Part shown: positions 1 to 11,500 of the stretch, piece after piece
How the letters are laid out: each line of letters begins with the position of its first letter
Numbering within the stretch: position 1 is the stretch's first letter
From: Lama guanicoe
Taxonomy: Eukaryota
NCBI GenBank assembly: GCA_013239625.1
Contig: MU053482.1
Location: forward strand, 3,309,922 to 3,373,921
Length of the DNA stretch: 64,000 nt
Reading direction: 5' to 3'
Made by a program: the position numbers and the translations under genes
The notes under the pieces: generated by a model
What the model was told of the DNA's origin: nothing
What the model saw: the letters and a program-made list of their open reading frames with translations, nothing else
Database searches by the model: none

Positions 1-560
1 TTTGATGCCTGGCTGCCCCTTCGCGGCCCCCTTCCCCTTCCCCTATTTTTCCTAAAGCAGGGTGTCCTTCCTTCCGCCTTCTCCACTCTTTCTGGATCTG
101 GGCAGACGAGACAGGGATGGTTGAGAGGGGGTCCCCTGGCAAGTTTGCTGCTTCCCCTCCCCCGCGCCAAGACGAGATTCTCCCGCCCTCGGCTGGAAGC
201 ATGGAATTTGCACCGCCAGGCCTTTTGCTGCACGTTTCCTGTTTATGTTGTGCAGATGGGAATTTTAGGAACATGCCACCGAACAGGCGGAGGAGGGAGA
301 GGCTTTTGCGCAATCTTCAGAGGCGCCTCGTGCTTCATTCCTGGGTGGGCTGGGGGCGGTTGACCTGGGCTTCCCCTGGAGCGCCTGAGGAAGCCGGATT
401 CCACCGAAGAACGCGGCATCCCCGGGATCCTCCTGAACTGCCGGCTCCAACAGAGTCCGTGGGAGAAGGCTTGTCTCTCTCTCAAGGAAGTCCTTCCCGC
501 CTAGGCTTTCGCCCCATACTGCGGTCCCATAGCTCTTGCAGCAGGAGCAGGTGGTGACTT
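1..560. promoter_or_regulatory. CpG/GC-rich edge of an upstream island (possibly flank of the neighbouring SBF2 promoter, by recalled synteny)
   Basis: Many retained CpGs, GGGGCGG box, C/EBP palindrome TTGCGCAA at 306-313; SBF2 link is only inferred from mammalian gene order. Confidence 0.35.
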
Positions 561-637
561 CCAGCTTCCCTGCTCAAACAATGCAATAAAATCAATTAGT
601 GGATCTCATCATCCAATCTAGGAATTATCTAGGTGGC

Positions 638-677
638 CTTTTTTCTTTCTTTCTTTCTTTTTTTTTTTTTTTTTTTC
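638..677. repeat. (TTTC)n / poly-T tract
   Basis: Seen directly. Confidence 0.85.
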
Positions 678-1379
678 TATAAATTTGGCTAGTGAGGCAC
701 CAGATGAGCTTGCTTTGTCCTCTGTCAGTATCTCATTAAGTTTTAGTATTAGGATATGTTACAAGTAGTTAGACTGAAGTTTTGGGAATCTCCCTGGTTT
801 GCAAATGTGATCATCTTCGTGGAGAGAAGTGCACGATGTCTCGAACTCTGAACTGGGAGTCCAGAGATTTGCTGTCTCAGTTCCCGAAAGTGTGTTCTCA
901 TCTATCATTTCCTCTTTCTGTGTGGAACTTTCTTCACCTACAGATTGAGAGGGTTGGGCTGCACTAGAAGAACTGAAACTCCCAGGAAGTAATACTTTAG
1001 GAGTTCATTTGCAAATTGCTATGGTCAAACAGAATCAGCCTAGTTTCTGGGGAGGAGGGAAGATAGCAGACTGATCTTGGAAATAACCGAACTGAAAAAG
1101 CTTCAGTCACACCTCTTGTAAGATTCCTCTCTATAATTTCCTTGGGAGCTCGTCACCCAACTTGATCACTTTCAGTAAAGAGGCATCTTACTTCCTTGGG
1201 AGGCAGCCCATTGCAATGTTTATTAACCTTATTGTTAGAACGTTCTTCCTTATTATGTCAGAGTTGTCTTGTAACTACCCCCAATTTTGCTCTATGGAAA
1301 TACCCAGAAAAAAAATCTATCTTCATATGATAGCTTTTCTGATTTTCAAGGCAACTATCATGTTCCTTCCCCATTTTTC

Positions 1380-1965
1380 TTTTTTTAATTAAGGTGCAAT
1401 TCACATATCATAAAATGAACAATTTTAAAGTATACAGTTCAGTGGTATTGAATACATTCACAGTGTTGTGCAACCACCTCTATCTAGTTCCAAAATATTT
1501 TCATCACCCAAAAGAAAACCCCACACCCATAAGGCTGTCACTCCTGTTTCCCCCTCCCCCAGCCTCTGATAACTACGAATTTGCTGTTCTGTGTCTATGG
1601 ACTTACCTAGTATGGATATTTGGCATAAATACAATCATACAATATGTGACCTTCTGTGTCTGAGTTCTTTCATTTAGTGTAATGTTTTCAAGGTTCATCC
1701 ACATTGTAGCATATAACAGTACTTCATTCTTATTCATGGCTGAAATAATATTCCATTGTATGTATATACCATAGTAAGTCAAATTTATCTGTTTTTTCTT
1801 TTGTTTCTTGTGCTTTTGTATCAGATATAAGAATCCATTGCCAAATCTGAGGTCATGAAGATTTACTCCTACGTTTTCTTCTAAGCATTTCATAGTTTAC
1901 TCTTATTTTAGGCCATTGACCCATTATGAATTAATTTTTATATATGACATAAGGTAGGGGGTCCC
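1380..1965 (-). mobile_element. Old L1 (L1M-type) 3' UTR plus ORF2 3' fragment
   Basis: Antisense L1 3'-end text; ORF 1603..1893 reads LEENVGVNLHDLRFGNGFL and YATMWMNLENITL (L1 ORF2-like). Confidence 0.8.
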
Positions 1966-3228
1966 AGTCTACTTTTTAAATGTGTTTTTTTATTCATTCA
2001 CAAGTGTTGGTTTAAATTATTTTAACTTTTTTTTTAAATCAAAGCTTAGCTGTTTTCAAACCTTGAATCAAACGCTGTTTCCTTTTAGACATATTCCATC
2101 TGGTAGGTCATAAGTAGGCTGACAGACCATTTGCAAATGGGTGTTTTGTAGCACATGGATTTTGACTTACCCCAGGTGAGCATATTTAGCATACACTGGA
2201 ACTGTGCTTTGTTTCCCAACCAACAGCTGCCAGTCTGCTGAAACTGATAAGCCCTGACAAGGCAGCTTGATTACTGATATTGGCTGAAGGCCAGACTATC
2301 CCCTGAGATAACCACCATCACCTTTTACCAAAGAGTGAGGGAGTAGGGCAAATCCAGATTTGTTTTACTGAAGGCTGGCAGGAGCAGGAAGGGAGGAAGA
2401 CTATGTGGCACAATGATGATGAGTATACAGCAGATGCCTTTCTTTTATGCTTTAGAAGACAAAAAAGGAGCTGATTCCTAGTGAGCAAGGATTATCAGCC
2501 TGCTGTTCCTACAGTCGGCTGTCGTAGAGTAAGTGGCTGCTCTGCACAGTCATTTCAAGTGCATCCTGTGGTTAGCCGCTACAGTCCAGAGAGGCAATAT
2601 CAGAGTTCGGCTTGACCAAGTGTCTGCAGGCAGGGATGGGGCCCCTTCAAATAGTAACAAAGGAAACTAAGCAGCTGTGGTAGGAAATTCCCTGATCCAT
2701 TGCCACGTCTCCCTCCACTAGGTTGCCCAAACTGAACGATTGTTACCCTTGACACCTGCCTCTCTCTCAGCCTCACATTCATTACTCAGTCCTATTGATC
2801 CTACTTCCCAAATATATACACTTCTGCCCCTACCCTCACTGCCACCCAACTAGTCTGAGCCACTATCACCTCCCACCTTAACAACTGTAATAGCTTCCTA
2901 ACTGGTTTCCCAGCTTCGTTGGTGGTTCTAGATTTTCCATCTAGGTAAAACTTTGGGACAAAAAGTGGGTTATGAACCCTGTCTTCAAATTAAATCTGCA
3001 TAGGAAACACATGTTTTTACCTTGGGGCTGTGTTTGGAATACAGGAAGGAGGTTTCAGAGATGACTGACAGAAATTGTCCTGCAGTTGCTTTCATATGTG
3101 TGACTATATGAATAGCTGAATCTTGACATTGATACGAAGTATCCCTGACATTAGCAGCTTCAGCATAAATAAGTGCCATGGGAGATTGCAGGCTGCTTTT
3201 ACTTAGATTGCATCTTTATTTGGTGAAT

Positions 3229-3375
3229 GGGACTGGCTACATAATTGGCAGAGCCCAGAGCAAAATGAAAATGTAGGATACTCCCTGTTCAAAAATTACT
3301 AAGAATTTCAAAACAGCAAGAAGCAGAGCATTTAGTATGGGGCTCCGTGTGACTGACTCCATGAAGTCAGCTCTG
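3229..3375 (-). mobile_element. MER45A-like hAT DNA transposon
   Basis: Reverse strand contains ttgaaattcttagtaatttttgaacag and cattttcattttgc...aattatgtagcc, matching the recalled MER45A consensus. Confidence 0.65.
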
Positions 3376-3394
3376 TTGGTGTAGCTTAGGGTGG

Positions 3395-3398
<4 letters not shown>

Positions 3399-3460
<62 letters not shown>
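3399..3460. repeat. (TG)31 microsatellite
   Basis: Perfect dinucleotide run. Confidence 0.97.
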
Positions 3461-3463
<3 letters not shown>

Positions 3464-5393
3464 TGAATTAACTGAGATTATAGGAGGAGGAGGCCCTCTC
3501 CAATCTCTCCAGGGCACCACCACTGCACTGCTTCCCTCCTTGCTCCTCCTTAATCCATCCACCATATTCAATAGCCAAAATGATCTTTTAAATGTATATC
3601 AGATTATACCTTTCCCATCTTCAAACCTGTCAGTGGCTTCCCTTCTTATGAATAAAGTCCAAAATCATCATCATATACCAAAGGGTTCTATTTACTCTCT
3701 GATAACCTCTTTAATCTCATTTCATGCCTCTCTTCTCCCTCACTCAATACATTTCAGCCACACTGGCCACCTTTCATTTTCTCTAATGTACCAGGCTCTT
3801 TCTCATCTTCAAGCATTTGCATTGGATCCCTCTAATCTTGCTTTTTCTTCAGAACACTAACCACAGTTTATAATCATGTATTCCTGTGAGGGTTTGTTTG
3901 TTTGGCCACCCACCATGCTGTAAGCTCACTGAGGGCAAGAATGATGTTTGCATTGATGATTACTGTATGCCCAGCACTTAGTACAGATCCAGGCACATAA
4001 TATTTGCTCAGTAAATATTTGTTGAAGGAATGAATAAACTTTCAAAACCCATAGGCCCATGCATAAGAATTGCTTCACTCTAATGGTTCTAATCTGATAA
4101 GTACAGTATCCCGACCTGGTAGCATGATGGTTGCTCTCATTAACACCATTCTTATTCTCTAGGGGCTACCCCCAAATGATCTAATCATCTCTTTTATACT
4201 CCACTTATTAATGCCATTCATTGTGCCATCAGTAGTAAATTTTTCTTGAAGTAATTTCATGTTATTCTGTTATAGCTGTTAGTAAAAGAAGCTTCTACAC
4301 ATTAACCATCTTCTCCATGTTCTCTTTCATCTGTCCTTTAAGCTTCAGGGAAGTCTGTCTTTTGGCTTTATCATATAAGAGGACTGATTATTTCTGTTCA
4401 CCTGTTTTGTGTGGGAGCACAAAAAGGAGGCAGGAAAAGCATTGCTTTTCTTTATACTGATGCATTGGAAAATTTTATGCCCATGAAAGAGAAATGTTAA
4501 CTGCCCTCCCGGCCTCCACAACTCATAAATTAATGCTATAGAAACAGTGCATTTTATTCTGTGTCAGCATTCTTTACTTGGTTAACCTCCTGAAACTGTA
4601 TGCTTGTTTTACACTTAAATTGGTTTACACACATGTGCATTTTTCTAGAAAGGGTCTACATCTTATTAGCTCCTCAGAGAAGTCAGAAATTAAAAAAAAA
4701 AATGCCCTGACCTTTGTATCCTGCTTTACTTCTCCCTGTGAGTGACTAAGTCCAAAAGGCTGATTGGGTCCTTTCTTTAAACCACTTGGTGTTATGACTC
4801 CAGGATGCTTCTTGAAACTTGTTTTCAAATAAACTTTGTAAACAAGCCTTCAGCTTAGGAGAGGCATTTTGAACTATGTGAATAATAAATGAATTATAAA
4901 ATTTCCTGTTTGAAAAAAGAAGCACCAGAGGTAACTATCCAATGCACTTAACTCCTTAAGTTTAATTATTGTTATTAATATTATTAATATTGTTTATTGT
5001 TTTTCATTACTTTTCTTCATGACCTGAGTGTGGTCACTCTGGCTTTAGGGATTGTGTCCACAGTGTTAGCTGAAAAAACACCACCACCAATTTCTTACAA
5101 TGCCAAACATTACTAAGAATAAGGCTTGGATTTAGGGCCTAAAAATAATTCAGTTAGAATGTAGGAAGAAATTGAGACACCATTACACAACAAGGCTTTA
5201 GCATATTTGTATGCCTGTATGTATGATGTCAGGATACACACATTTATTACAATGCTTTGGGGGTTTATTTACAATCTGACCCTTTAAAAATTCTTAGGCA
5301 CACAAAAAAGTGGATCCTCATTAACTAGAAGGTATTTCTTTTGTTTCTTTTGCTTTTCTTGCCAGTGAGATTTTAAAGATGTTTCTTCCTTCA

Positions 5394-5436
5394 CTTCCTT
5401 CCTTCCTTCCTTCCTTCCTTCCTTCCTTCCTTCCTT
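5394..5436. repeat. (CTTC)n microsatellite
   Basis: Seen directly. Confidence 0.95.
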
Positions 5437-5579
5437 GTACTCAATGTTCATCTACAATCTCTGCAGCTTGGATGGATGAAACTCCACGTTAACAGATCAC
5501 GAGAAGCAGAACTCCAGCTGCGCTGTTTCCTTCTAGATATAGGTTTAACCAAGAACACACTCTACTGATTTTTTTTTCC

Positions 5580-6900
5580 TTCAACAATGATTACGTAAAC
5601 GAACTCGATGTTCCACGGGAAAAAATAGATGCCAACAGGTGGCATATTTTGTATCTTTTTTCTTCTTATACTCCACGACGCTTTGGGGAACACTCTGGCT
5701 CCTGTCGCCCACCCACGCAAACACACCCGCCCGCGCACACATACACACTTTCCAAGATAGGTGTTCTAGGAAAATCCCGAGCTGCCAACCCAGGACTTTA
5801 CTTAAGGAAAGAATTGACGGAGTTCTCAAGCGTCAGTCTTCTGAATGCTAGAGGTACAAGGAGCACCTGGGCTGATAAGGAGCATGCCGAGGCTCTCAGG
5901 TGAGAAATCCTGGCACCGCCGCTACCGCGTAGGCGCTGGAACCGGGCAGAGGAGAGCCGAGTCTCCACTCCCGGGCTGGGTTTGCTTGTTGAAGCCTCCA
6001 GTAGTTCAAACCGAAGTCTGCACCAACAGCACGCCTCACAGTCCTGCAGCCAGAGCGAGAGCTCAGTCCTCAGTCCCCTTCCCCGCCCCCACAGCACCCC
6101 CTACCCCCCACGGAATCAGGTCTCTACTAAAGGACAAGAGAGGAGGCCACAAGGTAGAGCTGAAGAGTCCTCTGCAGACCAAACCCCCCAGGGCTGGTGG
6201 GAACTGGAAGGAACGAGTCCAGACCACGGGACCTTCCCTGGCTGTAGGCCGGCGCCCAGCTGTCCTTGACCTCCCCAGCAGTCGGAGGCGCGCGCCGGGG
6301 AAATGAAAGTAAAAACCTGTCTTGGCGTGAACCCAGCTGGAGGCTGGAGAAGAGTAGGTCGCATCCTTGGATAAGACTGACAGACAGCCTGTCCTGAACA
6401 GGGTCGCCGCGGAGAGCCTGACTCGCAGGGGACGAACTGAAAGGAAGCCGTAAGATATGGGTGACTAGCGAGCAAAATAGAATGGTGAGGCTGGGGAGGC
6501 TCCTGGAAACAGAGCAGGCGCTCAGTAATACCTGCTGGGTTTTGCGCGGGCCGACTAGCCGCCAGACTCCGTTTGCTGCAGCGCCTACCCTGCGGCCAGC
6601 CAGGCGCCGGAACCCAGCCCAGACGCTGCGCTGCATCCCTCCTCGGCGTCTCCAGCCCTTACCTGAGCCCAAGCCAGAGCTAGGTATCTGTCCCCCGCCC
6701 TCAGCTGGAACTCAGGTCCGCTCAGGTGGTTTTCTCAGGAAAGAATCCTGAAAATAATAACGTCGGTGCGGCCATTCCTTCCCCAGGTGCAATGTCCACC
6801 CATCAGTCCTGGGAATGAAAGGGCGGCTGAGCTGGCAACGCGAGGCCCAGGCCAGGCAAGGTCCGCGCGCCCCAAGCCAGCCGCCTGTGCACTAGGTCTC
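5580..6900. promoter_or_regulatory. Upstream CpG-rich regulatory region of ADM
   Basis: High CpG/GC content, repeat-free, GC boxes, TTACGTAA at 5591-5598, CTCF-like TGCCAACAGGTGGCA at 5630-5644. Confidence 0.6.
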
Positions 6901-6949
6901 CGAATCAGCATGGCATAGCAGGTAGGAAGCTTAGAGATCTGCTGGGGAC

Positions 6950-7050
6950 ACATTATAAATGGGGAAAATAGAGTGGGGACGTGACTTGCCTACGTTCACA
7001 CAGCGAATGCCATAAAATGAGGACTAGAAGCTGGTCCTCAGAATTTCAAT
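6950..7050 (-). mobile_element. MIR fragment
   Basis: aaatggggaaa...gtgacttgcc...tcacacagc MIR core. Confidence 0.55.
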
Positions 7051-7384
7051 GGTCCCCCGCCCTCCGTTTCACAGTCTACGACCTGCATCCAGGGTAGTGG
7101 GTGATAGGACACCAGAGACCCTCCTGTCAGAAGTAGGGAGCTCCAAGGGGCTGAGTTCCCTCGCCGGTTTGGCCTCCAAAAGTAAGTAAGAAAGTGAAGT
7201 CAAAATGCAGTGATGGAAGAGTGTAAACGAGTGACAAACGTGCTTGGGGGTGATTCATCATGAACAGGCATAAATCCTTGGGCGGGGGCTAGGACTCTTC
7301 TCTCCCCCTTGACGAGAGGATGACCCTAGCCTAGAAAAATCCACGACGCGCCCCATCCAGTCAGCCGTGCTTGCTTTCTGGGCT

Positions 7385-7590
7385 GAGCTAGGACTCTGCT
7401 GCGTACCACCTTTGGTGTGACTTTAGGCAAATGCTTCCTCCTCTGAACTTTAGTTTTCTCATCTCACCGAGTAGAAAACTGATGTTACCTTTCTCGCCTA
7501 ACTCAAGGGTAGATGTGAGGATCAAAGGAAATCAGGATGTGGCTGGCCATGCTTTGTAAACTGTAAAGCGATTAACATACGTGAAGCATT
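7385..7590 (+). mobile_element. MIR in ADM upstream region
   Basis: tgtgactttaggcaa...ctctgaactttagttttctcatct...gtgaggatcaaa...gctttgtaaactgtaaagcg. Confidence 0.7.
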
Positions 7591-7799
7591 AGTGTGCTCC
7601 CTGGCAGTAAATCCTCACGTTTACAAGGGGTGAATGGAGGCTCCGAGGGCAGCTAGGCAAACTCTCAGGTTGTAACCTTATAAGGCATAATTGGATTACA
7701 AGGAGTCAAAAACGAGACGATATTCTTCGTCCTAATTTTGGTTATTCCTCTATTTCCAAATAGGCACACAAATTCTGACACTTCAGATAACTCCCCCCG

Positions 7800-8361
7800 C
7801 TCAAATCCCAATTCGCAAATCAGCCTTTCAGAGCCTGCCCCTATTGCGAAATCTTACTAGTCCATCCCAGAACCCTGGAGTGTGGGCCGCTCTCGGGGGT
7901 CTGGCGAGCCCCTGCTCCTCTCGGCTGCGCTCTGTGCCCTGCCCCTGAGGCTCGGCGGGAGTCTGAGGTCGCGGCCAGGTCAGGCGCCGAGCCGGCAGGG
8001 GGCGCGGTCCACTCGAGGCCACAGTTCCCGAGGTCCCGGGTTCGGGTCTTCTGCGCGGTACCCAACTCGGGTTCTTATAGTTCCGTGCCAGGAGACCTCG
8101 CATTGTGGGCTGCGTAAGTCCTGGGTAAGGGCCCCAAGAAGTTGTACCGGCTCTATTTAGCCCCAGTTTAAGATCTGAACCCTGTGCCCAGAGAGTCAGA
8201 GTTGGGGCAGTTCCTGCACCAATTTCCTGGAGCTCATTTCTCAGCCAAGGGGGAAGGAGGGACCCCTACCCCGACACAAGGAAAGAAAGGGAGGGCGCGA
8301 GGGCAGCCCAGGCCCCGCCCCCCTGCGCTCTTCTTATAAAGCCGAGGAACGCGAGCCGACC
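7800..8361 (+). promoter_or_regulatory. ADM: ADM proximal promoter
   Basis: TATAAA 8335-8340, GC box CCCCGCCCCC 8313-8322, C/EBP-like ATTGCGAAAT 7843-7852, CTCF-like CCGGCAGGGGGCGC 7992-8005, inside a CpG island. Confidence 0.85.
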
Positions 8362-8979
8362 ACTCAGTGGTTTCTTGGTGACACTAGGCGGAACAGCTCG
8401 AGACTCGCCACCTCTGGTTTCTCACCACAGCTTGGAGTCGGGGTTTGGCCACTGCCAGAGCGACGTTTCAGATTTAATTCTCCCAGTTCTTGGCAGTTCA
8501 CCCCTTCAGCAGGTAAGCACCCCGAACGCGGCGATTTAAAGTGGGAAGAGGGGGTGGAATTGCCCAGGCCGGAGACTGGGAGTGCTAGGTGAGGGATATA
8601 ATCCACTTTGTAGGGTCCTCTGCGGGGTGCGTCCCACATCATGGGCCCAGCTCGTGCACACAACTGGAATTCCAGAGACTCAGTCCCCTCCACTCCGTCA
8701 GCCAAATTTCGAGAAGTTGAGCAGGGAACCTCTGGGAGCCTGACACGGGGCAGCAGCCTCCCGTGTGGGGCTTGTCACCCGCCGGGCGGGTGCAAATGCC
8801 GCTGGCGCCTCTCTGTGCCCCTGGGAGATAAGCGTCGGAGTCAGGAAGAGCAGCGGGCTGAGCCTGCCCGCGCCGGGCCCCTCGCCCACCTCGGTGTCCC
8901 GCCCGGCGGTGCGGCGGGCAAGAGCACTCACACTCGGCTCTTCTCTCTCCTTCCCCAGGGTCTGCGCATCACCTCCGGG

Positions 8980-9077
8980 ATGAAGCTGGTTCCCGTCGCC
9001 CTCATGTACCTGGGCTCGCTCGCCTTTCTAGGCGCCGACACCGCACGGCTGGACGTGGCCGCAGAGTTCCGAAAGAA
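8980..9077 (+). CDS. ADM: Preproadrenomedullin coding exon 1 (exon 2): signal peptide and N-terminal PAMP
   Basis: MKLVPVALMYLGSLAFLGADT-ARLDVAAEFRK; donor AA|GTGAGT. Confidence 0.98.
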
Positions 9078-9229
9078 GTGAGTTGCATGCAGCACCTTCC
9101 CCAGTCCTGGTACCTGCAAGACAGGGGGAACTGACCATTGATCCCCGAGGGTTTAGAAGTGAGCAGGAGCAAGGACGGGCCAGGACCTCTCCTGGACGAA
9201 CGCGAATCTTGTCAATTTGTGTTTTCTAG

Positions 9230-9379
9230 ATGGAATAAGTGGGCTCTAAGTCGTGGAAAAAGGGAACTTCGGGTGTCCAGCAGCTACCCTACCGGGATCG
9301 CCGACGTGAAGGCCGGGCCTGCCCAGACTCTCGTTCGGCCCCAGGATGTGAAGGGCGCCTCTCGAAGTCCCCAGGCCAG
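9230..9379 (+). CDS. ADM: Preproadrenomedullin exon 3: rest of PAMP ([12 protein letters not shown]) and mid-region
   Basis: Acceptor ttttctag|A, 150 nt, donor AG|GTAACT; amidation/cleavage signal GKR. Confidence 0.98.
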
Positions 9380-9590
9380 GTAACTATGCATCGCGCCATT
9401 GCGGAGTGGGCAGGGGAAGCTCTCCTCCACTAACTTGGCCCTGGGGATCATCAGGAGGATGTATGGCAGTTCAGATAGAGGTAGCAATTTCAAGCTCCCT
9501 CTGGTCCTAGAATGGTTCCGTTCCTGTTGGCTGGGGCCAAAGACCTGCTTGATGGGAGTCTCACGTTGCCTGCCTTCCCTTCTCCCGCAG

Positions 9591-9906
9591 TCCGGACGCC
9601 GCCCGCATCCGAGTCAAGCGCTACCGCCCGAGTATGAACAACTTCCAGGGCCTGCGGGGCTTTGGATGTCGCTTCGGAACGTGCACGGTGCAGAAGTTGG
9701 CGCACCAGATCTACCAGTTCACGGACAAGGACAAGGACGGCGTCGCCCCCAGGAGCAAGATCAGCCCCCAGGGCTATGGCCGCCGGCGCCGACGATCCCT
9801 GTCCGAGGCCAACCTGGGCGGCACTCTGTTGTCCCCGGAGCCACAGGCACGAGGGGCCTCGGCCTCCCGGGCGCATCACGTGCTCGCCTCCCTCCTTAAG
9901 ATTTAG
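9591..9906 (+). CDS. ADM: Preproadrenomedullin exon 4: mature 52-aa adrenomedullin (9622-9777) and adrenotensin
   Basis: [60 protein letters not shown]; stop TAG 9904-9906; spliced CDS 564 nt = 187 aa. Confidence 0.98.
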
Positions 9907-10638
9907 GTGGCAGCAGCGAACAGTCGCGCATGCATCCCGCCTGCGCCTTCCGGGGCAGAGGGCTTCCCCGAGCTGAGCCCTTCAGCGAATGGGAACCAAG
10001 CTGAGACAGCCCTGATTGTCCGAGAGTCCCGGAGGCACCGTCCAGCGGCGTGTCCCGGCTTTGCAGGAGACCCTCCTCCTCTGAGGCAATATTCTTTTCA
10101 CCCTAGTGCGGCCCGGGTGCCCCTGGAGGGGAGGAGGGTGCAGAGGAATCCAAGGGAGTGTCGTCTGCCAGGCTCATTGAGAGGAGAAACTGCGAAGTAA
10201 ATGCTGAGACCCCCCAGGGGCAAGGGTCTGAGCCACTGCCGTGCCCAACTGATTTTTGACGGGGTGTCACCCCACCGGGGCGCAAGCCTCACTATTACTT
10301 GAACTTTCCAAAACCTAGAGAGGAAAAGTGCAATGCGTGTTGTATATACAGAGGTAACTATCAATATTTAAGTTTGTTGCTGTCAAGATTTGTTTTTGTA
10401 ACTTCAAATATGGAGATATTTTTGTACGTTATATATTATATTAAGGGCATTTTAAAGCAATTGTATTGTCCCCCTCCCCTTTATTTTAATACGTGAATGT
10501 CTCAGCGAGGTGTAACGTTGTTTACTGCGTGGAATGTGTGAGAGTGTGTGCCTGAGAGACTGCCTCTTGTGGAAGAAGGAAACACCATGTCTGTATAATC
10601 TATTTACATAAAATGGGCGATATGCAAAGCAGCAAACC

Positions 10639-10644
10639 AATAAA
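10639..10644 (+). terminator. ADM: ADM polyadenylation signal
   Basis: AATAAA after an AU-rich 3' UTR segment (~10350-10500). Confidence 0.85.
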
Positions 10645-10729
10645 CTGTCCCAGTGCTGATTCATTCTCTGGTCATGAGTCTTGGAAGGGAGGGTGCCCCT
10701 GGTCCTGGTCCTCCCGGGAGCCTTGGAGT

Positions 10730-11500
10730 CCAGTCGCCTGGCGTGGGAAGATAGGACAGCTGCGCTGGCGGGTGCTGGCGAGTCTCGGCTCTGGCTGAGC
10801 GGTCAGAGCAACTCTCTCCAGGTGAGGCGTGTGGAGCGTGTGTCCTGCGTGAGGGTCCGGGCTTCGCGGAGATAACTCGAGGTCACAGCCTCGCGTGGCG
10901 GCCGGGCCGCATGGGGTAGGATGAGCCCAAGTGGGGAAGCGAGCCTGGACTCTTCAGATTGCGCAACAGAGTCTCAGATTTAATGGAGTTGCTCACGGAA
11001 TTCTGCGCGAAAGCGCACCTCGGAGAGTTAGGGTGGTCTCGGATGCCTTCAAGGTGAGGAGGTTCCCCTGGCTGCAGCAGTGCTAAAGTTAGAAGCGACT
11101 CCACCAAAATGTGGGGACTCCGGGAAACCAGCAGCCGGGCCAGCAACCCCGGTCCTTTCCAGCCCCGTGCCCCAGCGGGCCTGCGGGCTCATAAACGATG
11201 CTGCGGCGCCCCCAGCCGGCCGCCTCGGACCCGCCTGCGGGCCGTCAGGCAGTACGTGCGGTTTAATAAGCCCTCCTACGTGGGAGTCAGCACACAGCCT
11301 TAATGAAAGAGGAAAGAAAAAAACAGTTTGCAGATGCCAACCAGGGCCGGCCCCCCCTAGACCTGCACGGCGGCTCCCTGTTCTGGGATCGTGACTCAGC
11401 GCCCACACGCTGAGCAGCGTGCAGCTGCTGGCCGGAGGCAGCCGGGACGGACGTGCCGCCGGAACCGTGCGCCTGCGACGGCCTGAGACCTTCATGAGAC
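10730..11500. promoter_or_regulatory. Downstream CpG island / candidate inducible enhancer
   Basis: CpG-rich; ATTGCGCAAC 10958-10967, TACGTG 11253-11258 and 11277-11282, CACACAG 11291-11297, TGACTCAGC 11392-11400. Confidence 0.6.

Larger units (their letters stand above)
2780..4040 (+). mobile_element. L2 fragments (interrupted)
   Basis: L2-type text (aatagcttcctaactggt; tgtaagctcactgagggcaag; 3' end tttgttgaaggaatgaat). Confidence 0.65.
8362..10662 (+). other. ADM: ADM gene span (exons ~8362-8512, 8959-9077, 9230-9379, 9591-~10662)
   Basis: Non-coding exon 1 begins actcagtggtttcttggtgacact as in mammalian ADM mRNA; donor CAG|GTAAGC at 8512/8513; all introns GT-AG; AATAAA 10639-10644. Confidence 0.93.

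Noticed and set aside
3402..3860. 152-aa ORF beginning with CV repeats
   Set aside because: Microsatellite plus L2 sequence
5581..6953. Many overlapping ORFs up to 181 aa
   Set aside because: Expected in GC-rich CpG-island DNA; no recognisable protein or splice structure
8641..8979. In-frame N-terminal extension of ADM (ORF 8641..9081)
   Set aside because: Mostly intron 1; the ATG at 8980 starts a normal signal peptide
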